Below are positions 27,019 through 35,990 of a DNA stretch of 64,000 bases, one piece after another (the first letter of the stretch is position 1; each line of letters starts with the position of its first letter). The translations under genes and the position numbers were made by a program. The stretch spans positions 1-64,000 of the IMG/VR virus record IMGVR_UViG_3300042897_000742; one strand, written 5' to 3'. Below the pieces are notes generated by a model. It saw only the letters and a program-made list of their open reading frames with translations. It made no database searches and was not told the origin of the DNA. This DNA is from a virus.

Positions 27019-27101
27019 TGGAAGGTGGGTGAGTGGTTAAAACCGGCAGACTGTAAATCTGCTCTCTTCGGAGTACGGCGGTTCGAATCCGTCCCTTCCA
27101 A
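27019..27101 (+). tRNA. tRNA-Tyr(GTA)
   Basis: GCAGA-CTGTAAA-TCTGC, variable arm. Confidence 0.95.
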
Positions 27102-27106
27102 CATTT

Positions 27107-27180
27107 GGACCTTTAGCTCAGTTGGTTAGAGCATCGGACTCATAATCCGCAGGTCGCAGGTTCGAGCCCTGCAAGGTCCA
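27107..27180 (+). tRNA. tRNA-Ile2(CAT, lysidine type) or elongator tRNA-Met
   Basis: CTCATAA loop; GGACCTT/AAGGTCC-A acceptor typical of bacterial Ile2. Confidence 0.85.
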
Positions 27181-27185
27181 CGTTT

Positions 27186-27257
27186 AGTCGATTAGTTCAA
27201 TGGATAGAACACTTGACTACGGATCAAGAGATAAGGGTTCGAGTCCTTTATTGACTA
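27186..27257 (+). tRNA. tRNA-Arg(ACG)
   Basis: CTTGA-CTACGGA-TCAAG. Confidence 0.93.
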
Positions 27258-27262
27258 CTAAT

Positions 27263-27338
27263 GGTGATGTAGCTCAGTCGGTAGAGCAAAGGACTGAAAA
27301 TCCTTGTGTCGGCGGTTCGATTCCGTCCATCACCACCA
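27263..27338 (+). tRNA. tRNA-Phe(GAA)
   Basis: AAGGA-CTGAAAA-TCCTT; encoded CCA. Confidence 0.95.
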
Positions 27339-27418
27339 AGTAATAGGTAAGCATCTAAGGGGTCTCCCATGTAATATTGGGGCGTGTCTAACCCAAAGCC
27401 TCTGCTTATTACTTTTAT

Positions 27419-27490
27419 TCCTCGGTAGCTCAGAGGCAGAGCACATGACTGTTAATCATGGGGTCGGGATATCGTAATTCCCCCGGGGAG
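27419..27490 (+). tRNA. tRNA-Asn(GTT), atypical T-loop
   Basis: CATGA-CTGTTAA-TCATG; T-arm GGGAT-ATCGTAA-TTCCC. Confidence 0.85.
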
Positions 27491-27548
27491 CAAAAACGCT
27501 TAATAGAACAAAGTACAAGTTCAGAACAGGGTGCGGGTCCTGTGACAT

Positions 27549-27622
27549 TGGAATATAGCTCAGTTGGTTAGAGCATTCGTCTGATACGCGAAGGGTCGGC
27601 AGTTCGAGTCTGCCTATTCCAA
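27549..27622 (+). tRNA. tRNA-Ile(GAT)
   Basis: TTCGT-CTGATAC-GCGAA. Confidence 0.93.
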
Positions 27623-27627
27623 CACAT

Positions 27628-27702
27628 GGTGGTTATAGCTCAGTTGGTTAGAGCATCTGATTGTGGTTCAGAAGGTTGTGGGTTCGACTCCCATTAATCA
27701 CC
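27628..27702 (+). tRNA. tRNA-His(GTG)
   Basis: TCTGA-TTGTGGT-TCAGA; G-1:C73. Confidence 0.95.
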
Positions 27703-27708
27703 CATAAT

Positions 27709-27779
27709 GGCACTATGGCCGAGTGGTTAGGTGGAGGTCTGCAAAACCTTCTACACAGGTTCGATTCCTGTTGGTGCCT
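27709..27779 (+). tRNA. tRNA-Cys(GCA)
   Basis: GAGGT-CTGCAAA-ACCTT; U73. Confidence 0.93.
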
Positions 27780-27787
27780 CAATAAAC

Positions 27788-27860
27788 GCGTCTGTAGCTC
27801 AGCTGGTAGAGCACTGGTCTCCAAAACCAGGTGTCGGTGGTTCGAACCCATCCAGGCGTG
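27788..27860 (+). tRNA. tRNA-Trp(CCA)
   Basis: CTGGT-CTCCAAA-ACCAG. Confidence 0.95.
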
Positions 27861-27876
27861 CAAATACTTAAAATGA

Positions 27877-28326
27877 ATGAAGGTGTTTAGAAAGACAGAT
27901 GGAGTTAAGGTTAATGTGATTGATCACACCCTTGAGCAGTTAAAGAATTACCCACATGCATCGATTCACATTGGAACCGATTCACAAAATCATGGTGATG
28001 TGACTATGTACAGTACAGTAATAGCATATCGCTTTGGATCGTCAGGTGTTCATTATATCTTTACTAAACAAAAGATGCCAAAAATCACTGATATGTGGAC
28101 TCGTCTTTGGAAAGAAGCTGAGATGAGTATTGAAACGGCAGAATGGCTTACACAACAAATTAATGTTAAGGTTCAAATTGATATGGACTATAATGGAGAT
28201 GAAGAGCATAAATCTCATAGAATTATTTCCGCGGCAAAAGGTTGGGCAAATTCTTTAGGTTATAAAGTAAATGTAAAACCTAACGAACAGATTGCAACTC
28301 GTGCAGCTGATTATTGCTGTAGATAA
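27877..28326 (+). CDS. RNase H-like YkuK/DUF458 family protein
   Basis: IHIGTDSQ, RLWKE, IDMDYN, KP...A..AAD. Confidence 0.85.
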   Translation: MKVFRKTDGVKVNVIDHTLEQLKNYPHASIHIGTDSQNHGDVTMYSTVIAYRFGSSGVHYIFTKQKMPKITDMWTRLWKEAEMSIETAEWLTQQINVKVQIDMDYNGDEEHKSHRIISAAKGWANSLGYKVNVKPNEQIATRAADYCCR

Positions 28327-28327
28327 A

Positions 28328-28412
28328 GGAAGGTTACCCAAGTGGTGAAGGGGGCAGTTTGCTAAACTGTTAGGTCGGTAACGGCGCGAGGGTTCAAATC
28401 CCTCACCTTCCG
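28328..28412 (+). tRNA. tRNA-Ser(GCT)
   Basis: GCAGT-TTGCTAA-ACTGT, long variable arm. Confidence 0.93.
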
Positions 28413-28446
28413 CTCTTTCAGAAATCATATCTATGTATTATATTTG
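28413..28446 (+). promoter_or_regulatory. Putative host-sigma promoter
   Basis: TTTCA-N18-TATATTTG. Confidence 0.6.
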
Positions 28447-28462
28447 AATAAATAGTTTAGGT

Positions 28463-28660
28463 ATGAAAAAAGATTTTATTTGGGTACGCAAGGTTATCCT
28501 AAACAAAGATAACAAGTCGATTCATTATGATTCGCTTGTTAATCTTATTTTACTGTTTTCAGACAAATGGCAACATTTGGAAAAGGATCCGCGATTTAAG
28601 GAAGCCTATATTTCATACAAGACATTTTTGAAACTTACCCTTAGACATCAATATAATTAA
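28463..28660 (+). CDS. Hypothetical protein
   Basis: ORF directly after the promoter. Confidence 0.55.
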   Translation: MKKDFIWVRKVILNKDNKSIHYDSLVNLILLFSDKWQHLEKDPRFKEAYISYKTFLKLTLRHQYN

Positions 28661-28695
28661 ACCAAACAGAGTTTTAGCATATAAAAATAAAAGGT

Positions 28696-30573
28696 ATGGC
28701 CGTAAGTGTAGAAAAGAGGTATCAAAAACTTACTGACACTGAACACGTTCTCCTTCGTCCAGGTATGTACATCGGTTCAATTAAACCGCATACCGAGGAA
28801 GTATTTCTTCTTAACGAAAAGAAAGGTAAATTTGAACCTACAGAGATTACTTATAATCCAGGTTTCATAAAACTTTTTGACGAGATCGTATCAAATTCAG
28901 TTGATGAACATAAAAGAAATCCTCAACTTAACCAGATTAAAATTACTATCGATGAAGTATCTGGTAGAATATCAATCTGGGATAATGGAGGAATTCCTGT
29001 AGAGATCCATAAAGAGTATGGAGAATGGGTTCCTGAAATGATCTTTAGTAATCTTAAGACTGGTAGTAACTTTGATGATACCGAAGACCGTACTGTTGTA
29101 GGTACTAATGGTGTAGGTAGTACATTAACCAATATCTTTAGTAAGGAATTCAAAATAGAAACATGTGATGGTAAAAAATCATTTGTGCAGGTGTTTTCAG
29201 ATAACATGTCTAAAAAGACAGAACCTGTAATTAAATCTCATAAGAAAGGCTATACTGAAATTTCTTACATTGCAGATTTTGAAAGATTTGGAATGAAGAA
29301 AATTGATAAGTCTTCTCTGCAAATGATTCAGAAAAGGCTTTATGATATTGCTGCATGTAATACTTCGCTTAAGATCTATCTTAATGATACCTTAATATCA
29401 TTTAAGAACTTTAAAGAATATGCAGAGCTTTATACTGATAATGTTTTCTATGAACAGTCTCCAAATTGGAAAATCGGTATAGGACATTCAACATCAGGAT
29501 TTAAAGCAATATCATTCGTCAATTCAGTTGAAACAAAGGATGGTGGTACTCATGTTAATAATGTTACATTTCAAATCATTCAATATCTTAGAGAGAAGAT
29601 TAAGAAAAAGTATCGGGTTGATGTAAAACCTACAGATCTAAAACAACACATCTTTCTCTTTATTGATTGTACAATTATTAATCCTGCATTCTCATCTCAA
29701 ACCAAGGAGAAACTCATTACTGAACCTAAAGACTTTGGGAGTACACATGAACTTTCAGAAAAGATTCTTAAACAGATTTTTACATCAGAGATTATTCAAT
29801 CCGTTCTTGATTGGATTGAAAGAAAGCAGGCAGCCGAAGAACGAGCAAAACTTAGAAAATTAAATAATAACCTCGATAAGTCAAAGGTAATTAAATTAAT
29901 TGATGCAAAGAAAACTGGAGATAGAAAGCCCTGCACATTGGCAATCTTTGAAGGTGACTCTGCATCATCTGCATTTCGTCGTTACCGAGATCCACTAACA
30001 CAAGGTGCATTTCCTCTGCGTGGTAAATTTATTAATGTAAGAGAAATTCCTGATTCAAAGGTTGTACAAAATAAAGAAGTACAATCTCTGATGGCTGCAA
30101 TTGGACTAAAGATTGGTCATGAACCAAAGGACTTAAGGTATGGTAAGATCTTATTCTATACCGATGCTGATGTTGATGGAAATTCAATTTCTGCATTGCT
30201 AATTAATTTCTTTGGTAAATATTGGCCTGAGTTATTTGAAGAGGGTAAAGTTCTTAAGGTAGAAACACCTCTTATGGTAGCAAAGAAAGGGAAGGAAACA
30301 TTAAGTTTTTATTCTGAGGAGGAATATAAAGAATGGGAACAGAAGCAAAAATCGCTTTCATCATGGAATATTGAATATAAGAAAGGATTGGCTGCATTGG
30401 AAGATGAAGAATATCAGGAGATCATTAGAAGCCCTAGATCGTACTTTCTTACTAAAGATAATGGATTTAACAGTACATTAAATATTTGGTTTGCAGGTGA
30501 CTCTAGTCCTCGCAAAAAGAAGATTCTAGGTGAAACAGTAGAAATTAAAACAAGTAATAAATCTCTTTTTTAA
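28696..30573 (+). CDS. Type IIA topoisomerase ATPase/TOPRIM subunit (T4 gp39+60-like)
   Basis: EHVLLRPGMYIGS, NSVDE, DNGGIP, EGDSA, PLRGK, TDADVDG, KGL. Confidence 0.95.
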   Translation: MAVSVEKRYQKLTDTEHVLLRPGMYIGSIKPHTEEVFLLNEKKGKFEPTEITYNPGFIKLFDEIVSNSVDEHKRNPQLNQIKITIDEVSGRISIWDNGGIPVEIHKEYGEWVPEMIFSNLKTGSNFDDTEDRTVVGTNGVGSTLTNIFSKEFKIETCDGKKSFVQVFSDNMSKKTEPVIKSHKKGYTEISYIADFERFGMKKIDKSSLQMIQKRLYDIAACNTSLKIYLNDTLISFKNFKEYAELYTDNVFYEQSPNWKIGIGHSTSGFKAISFVNSVETKDGGTHVNNVTFQIIQYLREKIKKKYRVDVKPTDLKQHIFLFIDCTIINPAFSSQTKEKLITEPKDFGSTHELSEKILKQIFTSEIIQSVLDWIERKQAAEERAKLRKLNNNLDKSKVIKLIDAKKTGDRKPCTLAIFEGDSASSAFRRYRDPLTQGAFPLRGKFINVREIPDSKVVQNKEVQSLMAAIGLKIGHEPKDLRYGKILFYTDADVDGNSISALLINFFGKYWPELFEEGKVLKVETPLMVAKKGKETLSFYSEEEYKEWEQKQKSLSSWNIEYKKGLAALEDEEYQEIIRSPRSYFLTKDNGFNSTLNIWFAGDSSPRKKKILGETVEIKTSNKSLF

Positions 30574-31916
30574 TGGAAAAAAGAACAGTAACATCATTCT
30601 TTGATAAAGAATATTTGGAGTATGCCAAATATGTTGTAGAAAATCGGGCAATCCCTAGCTGCATTGATGGTCTTAAGCCAACACAGAGAAAGGTTGTTTT
30701 CGTTGCAAATAAAATTTGGAAAAATGGTTCAGAGAAGCCAATGAAACTATTCCAACTTGCAGGTCGTGTAGCGGCTGAGGCATATTATCACCACGGTAAT
30801 ACTTCTTTAGAATCTGCAATGGTTGGAATGGCTCAAAAGTTTAAGAACTCTTTACCTCTTTTAGATGGGATTGGTCAATTTGGTTCATTAAGATCACCTT
30901 CTGCCGGTGCACCTCGTTACATCAGTGCAAAATTACATCCTAACTTTAGATTAATTTATCAAGATTTTGAACTTCTTAATAATAAGATCGAAGAAGGCGT
31001 AGAGATTGAACCAGATTTTTTCCTACCTATTGTTCCTACTGTTATCTTAAATGGTTCATCTGGAATCGCTGTAGGATTTGCAACTAACATTCTTAACCGA
31101 AATCCTAAAGATGTAGTAGAAGCATGTTTGGCTGTTCTTAAGGATAAGAAGATTAAAACTCTCTCCCCTTGGTTAAGTGAATTTAAGGGAACATTTACTA
31201 GAGATTCCAGTAATCCTAATACCTGGAAAATTAGTGGATCGTATGAAATTGTAAATAGTACAACAGTAAAGGTAACAGAAATTCCACCTTCGTTTACTTA
31301 TGAAAGATATGAAGAATGGTTAAATGCATTGGTTGATAAAAAGATCATTGTTGATTATGAAGATAACTCGGCAGATAAAATTGAATACATTCTAAAATTC
31401 CAACGAGCAATTCTTAAGGACTATATTTCAAAGGATAGATTAGAAGGTCTTTTAAAGATTCATTCACAAGAAACAGAAAACCTTACAACAATTGATGAGA
31501 CTGGTAAATTAAAAATCTTTACTAAAGCCGAGGATATTGTAACTCACTTCGTTGGAATAAGACTTCAGTTTTACCATAAGAGAAAAGCCTATCTTTTAGA
31601 TAAGTTAGGCAGAGAACTTCTTATTATATCAAATAAGGCTAGATTTATTAAAGATATCATCGAGGGTAAACTTAAAGTAAATAATGTTGCAAAGGATATC
31701 ATTGTTAAGTATCTTGAAGATAATAAGTATGATAAGGTTGATGGATCATATACATACCTATTAAGTATGGCAATTTATTCATTAACGAAAGAACGATTTG
31801 AAGAATTACTCAAACAAAAATCTGAAAAGGAAATTGAGGTTGAAGCCATTAAGAAAACTGATCCTAAGGATATGTATATAAGCGATCTAGAGCAATTGAA
31901 AAAATCACTCGTTTAA
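30573..31916 (+). CDS. Type IIA topoisomerase breakage-reunion subunit (T4 gp52-like)
   Basis: RAIP..IDGLKPTQRK, YHHG, APRY, NGSSGIAVGFAT. Confidence 0.95.
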   Translation: MEKRTVTSFFDKEYLEYAKYVVENRAIPSCIDGLKPTQRKVVFVANKIWKNGSEKPMKLFQLAGRVAAEAYYHHGNTSLESAMVGMAQKFKNSLPLLDGIGQFGSLRSPSAGAPRYISAKLHPNFRLIYQDFELLNNKIEEGVEIEPDFFLPIVPTVILNGSSGIAVGFATNILNRNPKDVVEACLAVLKDKKIKTLSPWLSEFKGTFTRDSSNPNTWKISGSYEIVNSTTVKVTEIPPSFTYERYEEWLNALVDKKIIVDYEDNSADKIEYILKFQRAILKDYISKDRLEGLLKIHSQETENLTTIDETGKLKIFTKAEDIVTHFVGIRLQFYHKRKAYLLDKLGRELLIISNKARFIKDIIEGKLKVNNVAKDIIVKYLEDNKYDKVDGSYTYLLSMAIYSLTKERFEELLKQKSEKEIEVEAIKKTDPKDMYISDLEQLKKSLV

Positions 31917-31957
31917 TGAAACCTATGGGTGATCTTTCAATATAAAAATAAATTAGA

Positions 31958-32119
31958 ATGAAAACATATATCATTGTAGGTAGAGATGTTAAGTGGACGT
32001 GTGAAGCCAATACTGAACAAGAAGCATGGGAATCTTTAGCCCAACTAAAAAGACTACCCGTATCAGAACTAAAGAAAATGTTTAAACTTTTAAATGAAGA
32101 TCAACCTAAAAAACAATAA
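31958..32119 (+). CDS. Small hypothetical protein (53 aa, not in ORF track)
   Basis: MKTYIIVGRDVKWTCEANTEQEAW...KKQ*; follows the promoter at 31919-31945. Confidence 0.55.
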   Translation: MKTYIIVGRDVKWTCEANTEQEAWESLAQLKRLPVSELKKMFKLLNEDQPKKQ

Positions 32120-32121
32120 CT

Positions 32122-32349
32122 ATGTTAATAGAACAAACATCAATGACAGATTCATCAATGATTAAAAAAGCAGTTTATAATTTCTCTGCCAATACATTGA
32201 AAGTAGAATTTAATTCAGGTGCCGTTTACGAATATTCAAATGTAGATTCACAAACATATGATGAATTTTGTAAAGCAGAATCTCAAGGAAAATTTTTCAA
32301 TGAAAAAATTAAAAACAACTTCCAAAACACTAAACTCTTATTAGACTAA
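32122..32349 (+). CDS. KTSC domain protein
   Basis: SSMI..A.Y.....LKVEFNSGAVYEY.NV....Y..F..AES.GKFFN..IK. Confidence 0.9.
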   Translation: MLIEQTSMTDSSMIKKAVYNFSANTLKVEFNSGAVYEYSNVDSQTYDEFCKAESQGKFFNEKIKNNFQNTKLLLD

Positions 32350-32351
32350 TT

Positions 32352-32588
32352 ATGGGACCAACTAATGTAATGTACGATGCCCTTAAGGCACAATTCGTAG
32401 CACAAAAACAAAAGGCTCTTGCCACACTTACTATTTACTTAACAAATCCTGTAGGAATTGGAGAACATCCTCAACATATCGATGAAATGATGACCTTAAC
32501 AAGATCTCTTGCTGAGGCAGAGGATTGCATCCAAACTTTAGAAAATACATTTGAAGTAAAATCTACAGCAAATGAAAACGGTAACTGA
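32352..32588 (+). CDS. Hypothetical phage protein
   Basis: NPVGIGEHP motif. Confidence 0.65.
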   Translation: MGPTNVMYDALKAQFVAQKQKALATLTIYLTNPVGIGEHPQHIDEMMTLTRSLAEAEDCIQTLENTFEVKSTANENGN

Positions 32589-32805
32589 GATAGTACAAAG
32601 ACTTCTTGATGAAAGACATATTACTGCAGAAGAAGCAGTGATTCTTTTACAAGCCGAGGTAAATAGAAATCAACCTTTTTATATACCTAGCATGCCAACT
32701 ATTCAACCATATTCTCCTCCATTTAAACCAGGAGACTTGTGGTATACTACTTCATCAACATTAAACACCCCTGTTGCAGGTTCAAAATCAGAAGAGAATG
32801 AATAA
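32572..32805 (+). CDS. Hypothetical protein
   Basis: IVQRLLDERHITAEEAVILL. Confidence 0.55.
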   Translation: MKTVTEIVQRLLDERHITAEEAVILLQAEVNRNQPFYIPSMPTIQPYSPPFKPGDLWYTTSSTLNTPVAGSKSEENE

Positions 32806-33277
32806 AGTAATTTTGGTAGGTAAAGCTGCTGCAGGTAAGGATCATATGAGAAAGGTAATGGAAGGTCGTGGATTTATCTACGGTATTTCTTATACCACTC
32901 GACCGCCAAGAGAAGGTGAGATTGACGGCCAAGATTATTACTTTATGTCAAAAGAACAATTTGATGATGGTATTAAGAATAACTTTTGGTATGAATGGGT
33001 TGAATTCAATGGTTGGTATTATGGAACAAGTTATAAACAGTTCAAGGAACAGTGTAACTTATTTATAATGACACCTAAAGGCATCTCTCATATCAATCCA
33101 ATTGATCGTAAAGAATGTACAATCATTTATCTCAATATGCCAATTGAAGTAAGACGCCAAAGACTTCTTAGCCGTAATATGCCAGGTGATACTTTAGAAC
33201 GTAGAATAGAGGCTGATGAAAAAGACTTTGCTGATTTTACAGACTTTGACATTGAGATAAACAATCATAACTTCTAA
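32798..33277 (+). CDS. Guanylate kinase-like nucleotide kinase
   Basis: GKAAAGKD, SYTTRPPREGEIDGQDYYF, YYGT; start moved to the ATG at 32798. Confidence 0.85.
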   Translation: MNKVILVGKAAAGKDHMRKVMEGRGFIYGISYTTRPPREGEIDGQDYYFMSKEQFDDGIKNNFWYEWVEFNGWYYGTSYKQFKEQCNLFIMTPKGISHINPIDRKECTIIYLNMPIEVRRQRLLSRNMPGDTLERRIEADEKDFADFTDFDIEINNHNF

Positions 33278-33291
33278 CATATAAAAATAAA

Positions 33292-33891
33292 ATGAGTAAA
33301 TTCATTATCATCGAAGGTACCGATAATACCGGTAAAGATACACAACAAAATCTTATTATTAAAAATCTAAAAGATAAGGTATTTCATAAGGTTCATTATT
33401 CATCTTTACCCTTTAAAGATGATGTTGAAATGCATACTTCATATTCAAAGAAAATGTATGAAGATATGTTTAAGATGATGGTTTTGTGTAAAGATCAAGA
33501 TATTAACATTATCTTTAATCGTTCTCATTTAGGTGAAAGTATTTACTCTCCACTTTATCGTGGGTATTCTGGTGATTATGTTTTTGATATTGAAAAAGGT
33601 TTTGTAAATACATTAAGAGAAAATCTTTATCTTATTACTCTAACCAATGATCCTCATACAATTTGGAGTAGAGATGATGGTAAATCATTCTACAAAAATG
33701 AAGAAGGTATTAAAGCAGAGGTTGATGGTTTTATCCGTGCACATCGCTTAAGTAAGATTAAAAATAAACTTCTTCTTAATGTAGGTACTATGAGTGCCGA
33801 TGAAGTCTCCAAAATTATTATTGAGTTTCTATCTCATGAAAATACAATAACTGGGGATCCTAAACAATTATCTATGTTTAGTCATGAGTAA
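33292..33891 (+). CDS. dNMP (thymidylate kinase-like) kinase
   Basis: IIIEGTDNTGKDT, NRSHLGE..Y...YR. Confidence 0.8.
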   Translation: MSKFIIIEGTDNTGKDTQQNLIIKNLKDKVFHKVHYSSLPFKDDVEMHTSYSKKMYEDMFKMMVLCKDQDINIIFNRSHLGESIYSPLYRGYSGDYVFDIEKGFVNTLRENLYLITLTNDPHTIWSRDDGKSFYKNEEGIKAEVDGFIRAHRLSKIKNKLLLNVGTMSADEVSKIIIEFLSHENTITGDPKQLSMFSHE

Positions 33892-34072
33892 ATGGAGAGA
33901 AGAACGAATGTATGAGATAATGCATCATCTCTGGGATAATCCTAAGTTGATGGAATTATATGAACTCGAAATGAAAAAGGCTCATGCCGAAAAATATGTA
34001 GAAGAGTTCTTTCCTAAAATGGAAAAATGTTACGAAAAAGCTTTAAAAGAATATGAGAATTTACAAAGGTGA
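33884..34072 (+). CDS. Hypothetical protein
   Basis: Overlaps both neighbours. Confidence 0.5.
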   Translation: MSKWREERMYEIMHHLWDNPKLMELYELEMKKAHAEKYVEEFFPKMEKCYEKALKEYENLQR

Positions 34073-34934
34073 AACATTTGCTGATGTGTATCAAACTGCA
34101 TTAACTGATGTACTCCAAAACCCTGAATATGTTACCTCGCCAAGAGGTATGAAAATTAATGAAGTTACTAATGCTGCATTGGTTATTGAAGATCCTACCT
34201 TTCCTCTTTATGAAAATAATAGAAGGAGTAGTCAATTCAAATATATTGCAGCTGAATTAGTTTGGTACTTTACTGGCCGTAGAGATACTAATTTCATTTC
34301 AAAATTTGCAAAATTCTGGGAACAGATTGATAATGGAAATGGTACGGTAAATTCTGCATACGGTAATCTTATTTTTACAGATAAGAATTCTCATGGTCTT
34401 AATCAATATCAATGGGCATTACAGTCTTTAATTGAAGATAAAGATTCTCGTCAAGCTATTGTACATTTTAATACACCTTCTCATCAATGGAAAGGTAATA
34501 AAGATTTTGTATGTACTCTTACTGGTGTATTTCAGATTCGTGATAATCATCTTAACTTTACAATTGATATGAGATCAAATGATCTTATATTAGGTACACC
34601 AACTGATATTGCATTTTTCTGTCTTCTTCAACAACAGATGTATGAACATCTTAAAAAGTATTACCCAGATCTTGAATTAGGTACATATACTCATATTGTT
34701 CATTCTCTTCATATCTATGAAAGACACTTTACCTTAATAGATGAAATGTTAGATCATCCATTTGAACCAATGAGTTTTCCAGAGATAAGAGAATTCTTAA
34801 TTGATCCTAACGGCAATTCTTTAGAAGGAATTAAAGAAATTGAATCTGAAATAGAATCAGATTCTGAAGTTTTACGAGTTAAAGATGATCCTTTACATCA
34901 ATGGATAACCGATGCGGTTTTCATGGATATATAA
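34053..34934 (+). CDS. Thymidylate synthase-superfamily enzyme, probable dCMP hydroxymethylase
   Basis: DSRQA, DFVCT, MRSND...GTPTD (Asp at the ThyA Asn position), SLHIYERH. Confidence 0.75.
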   Translation: MRIYKGETFADVYQTALTDVLQNPEYVTSPRGMKINEVTNAALVIEDPTFPLYENNRRSSQFKYIAAELVWYFTGRRDTNFISKFAKFWEQIDNGNGTVNSAYGNLIFTDKNSHGLNQYQWALQSLIEDKDSRQAIVHFNTPSHQWKGNKDFVCTLTGVFQIRDNHLNFTIDMRSNDLILGTPTDIAFFCLLQQQMYEHLKKYYPDLELGTYTHIVHSLHIYERHFTLIDEMLDHPFEPMSFPEIREFLIDPNGNSLEGIKEIESEIESDSEVLRVKDDPLHQWITDAVFMDI

Positions 34935-34951
34935 TAAAATCATCTATAATA

Positions 34952-35902
34952 ATGAAGTACTTAAAACTGTTTGAAGAATTCTTAAATGAAGCCGCTGAAG
35001 AAACTGGGTTAAAGAAAGTTTATCTAGCCACTCGTCGTGATAGCGGACAAAGATGGTGGTCTTATAAAGGGTTCGCCGGTGATAAATTCTTTATCCAGGT
35101 TACTGAGAATAACATTGATAAGTTAGATATTAATCCTGAGTACCCGGTACTTAATTATCATAGTACCATTGTAGATGAGTTACTAAAGAAGAAAAAGATT
35201 AAAGAAGAAAACATCTATAATCATCCTAAGTATATTCCATTATCAGGTTCTAAGAAAGAATTTCATAAACTCGTAGGGGAGGATGAAAATGTACCTAAGA
35301 CAGTTTATTCAAAGAATGAAGCATTAGAGAAGTTAAATTTTCCTATTATTGCAAAACCTGCAAATGGTCACAGTGGAATTGGAATCCAGGTAATTAAGAA
35401 GCCTGAGTTAATGGAAGAGATTGATGAGAAGATCTTCGATACTTTTTCTGAATATGTAGATAAAGTAGAAGAAATGAGATTCTTTAACTTTAAAGGTCAA
35501 CCTATCTTTTGGATGGAAAGAACACCTGCAAACAGTAAAGCAAAGTCTGGTGATGGCAAGACCGATGAAGAAATGGAATTCAAGTATGCTAAGAGAAATG
35601 TTAATAACATACCAGAAGACTATAAAAAGGTTTTAGAAAAGTATTGCAAAACATTTGAAAAATTTCCCTATATTTGTTTTGATATGATGAAAGACAAAGA
35701 AGGAAAGATTTATGTAATTGAATCGAATGCTCAACCCGGCGTACCGTTCGATAGTACGGTTGAAATCTATAAGAAAGTATATGAAGATTTCTATGGTAAA
35801 CCATTAGACGATAAATCTCTTCAAAAACTAGATAAATACGCAAAAGAAATGGTTGAAAGAACGCTAAAACGCGATAGTGGAAGATTTTCTGTAAAAAAGT
35901 AG
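34952..35902 (+). CDS. ATP-grasp (RimK-like) ligase with capsid-targeting N-terminus
   Basis: VPKT, FPIIAKP..GHSGIGI, IESNAQPG; starts MKYLKLFEEFLNE. Confidence 0.8.
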   Translation: MKYLKLFEEFLNEAAEETGLKKVYLATRRDSGQRWWSYKGFAGDKFFIQVTENNIDKLDINPEYPVLNYHSTIVDELLKKKKIKEENIYNHPKYIPLSGSKKEFHKLVGEDENVPKTVYSKNEALEKLNFPIIAKPANGHSGIGIQVIKKPELMEEIDEKIFDTFSEYVDKVEEMRFFNFKGQPIFWMERTPANSKAKSGDGKTDEEMEFKYAKRNVNNIPEDYKKVLEKYCKTFEKFPYICFDMMKDKEGKIYVIESNAQPGVPFDSTVEIYKKVYEDFYGKPLDDKSLQKLDKYAKEMVERTLKRDSGRFSVKK

Positions 35903-35954
35903 AAAAAAGTCCACTAAAAATTTTCAAATCTCGTTTTTTTGTTTTATATTTGTA
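35901..35954 (+). promoter_or_regulatory. Putative early (host sigma) promoter of the phosphoesterase-sigma operon
   Basis: TTTCA-N18-TATATTTG; repeat of 24003-24056. Confidence 0.7.
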
Positions 35955-35990
35955 CTGACGGTATTTTTATACTGTCTTAAAACAAATAAT

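Noticed and set aside
26027-27876. ORFs 26027..26251, 27648..27863 and 27661..27876
   Set aside because: They overlap clear tRNA genes and are chance frames.
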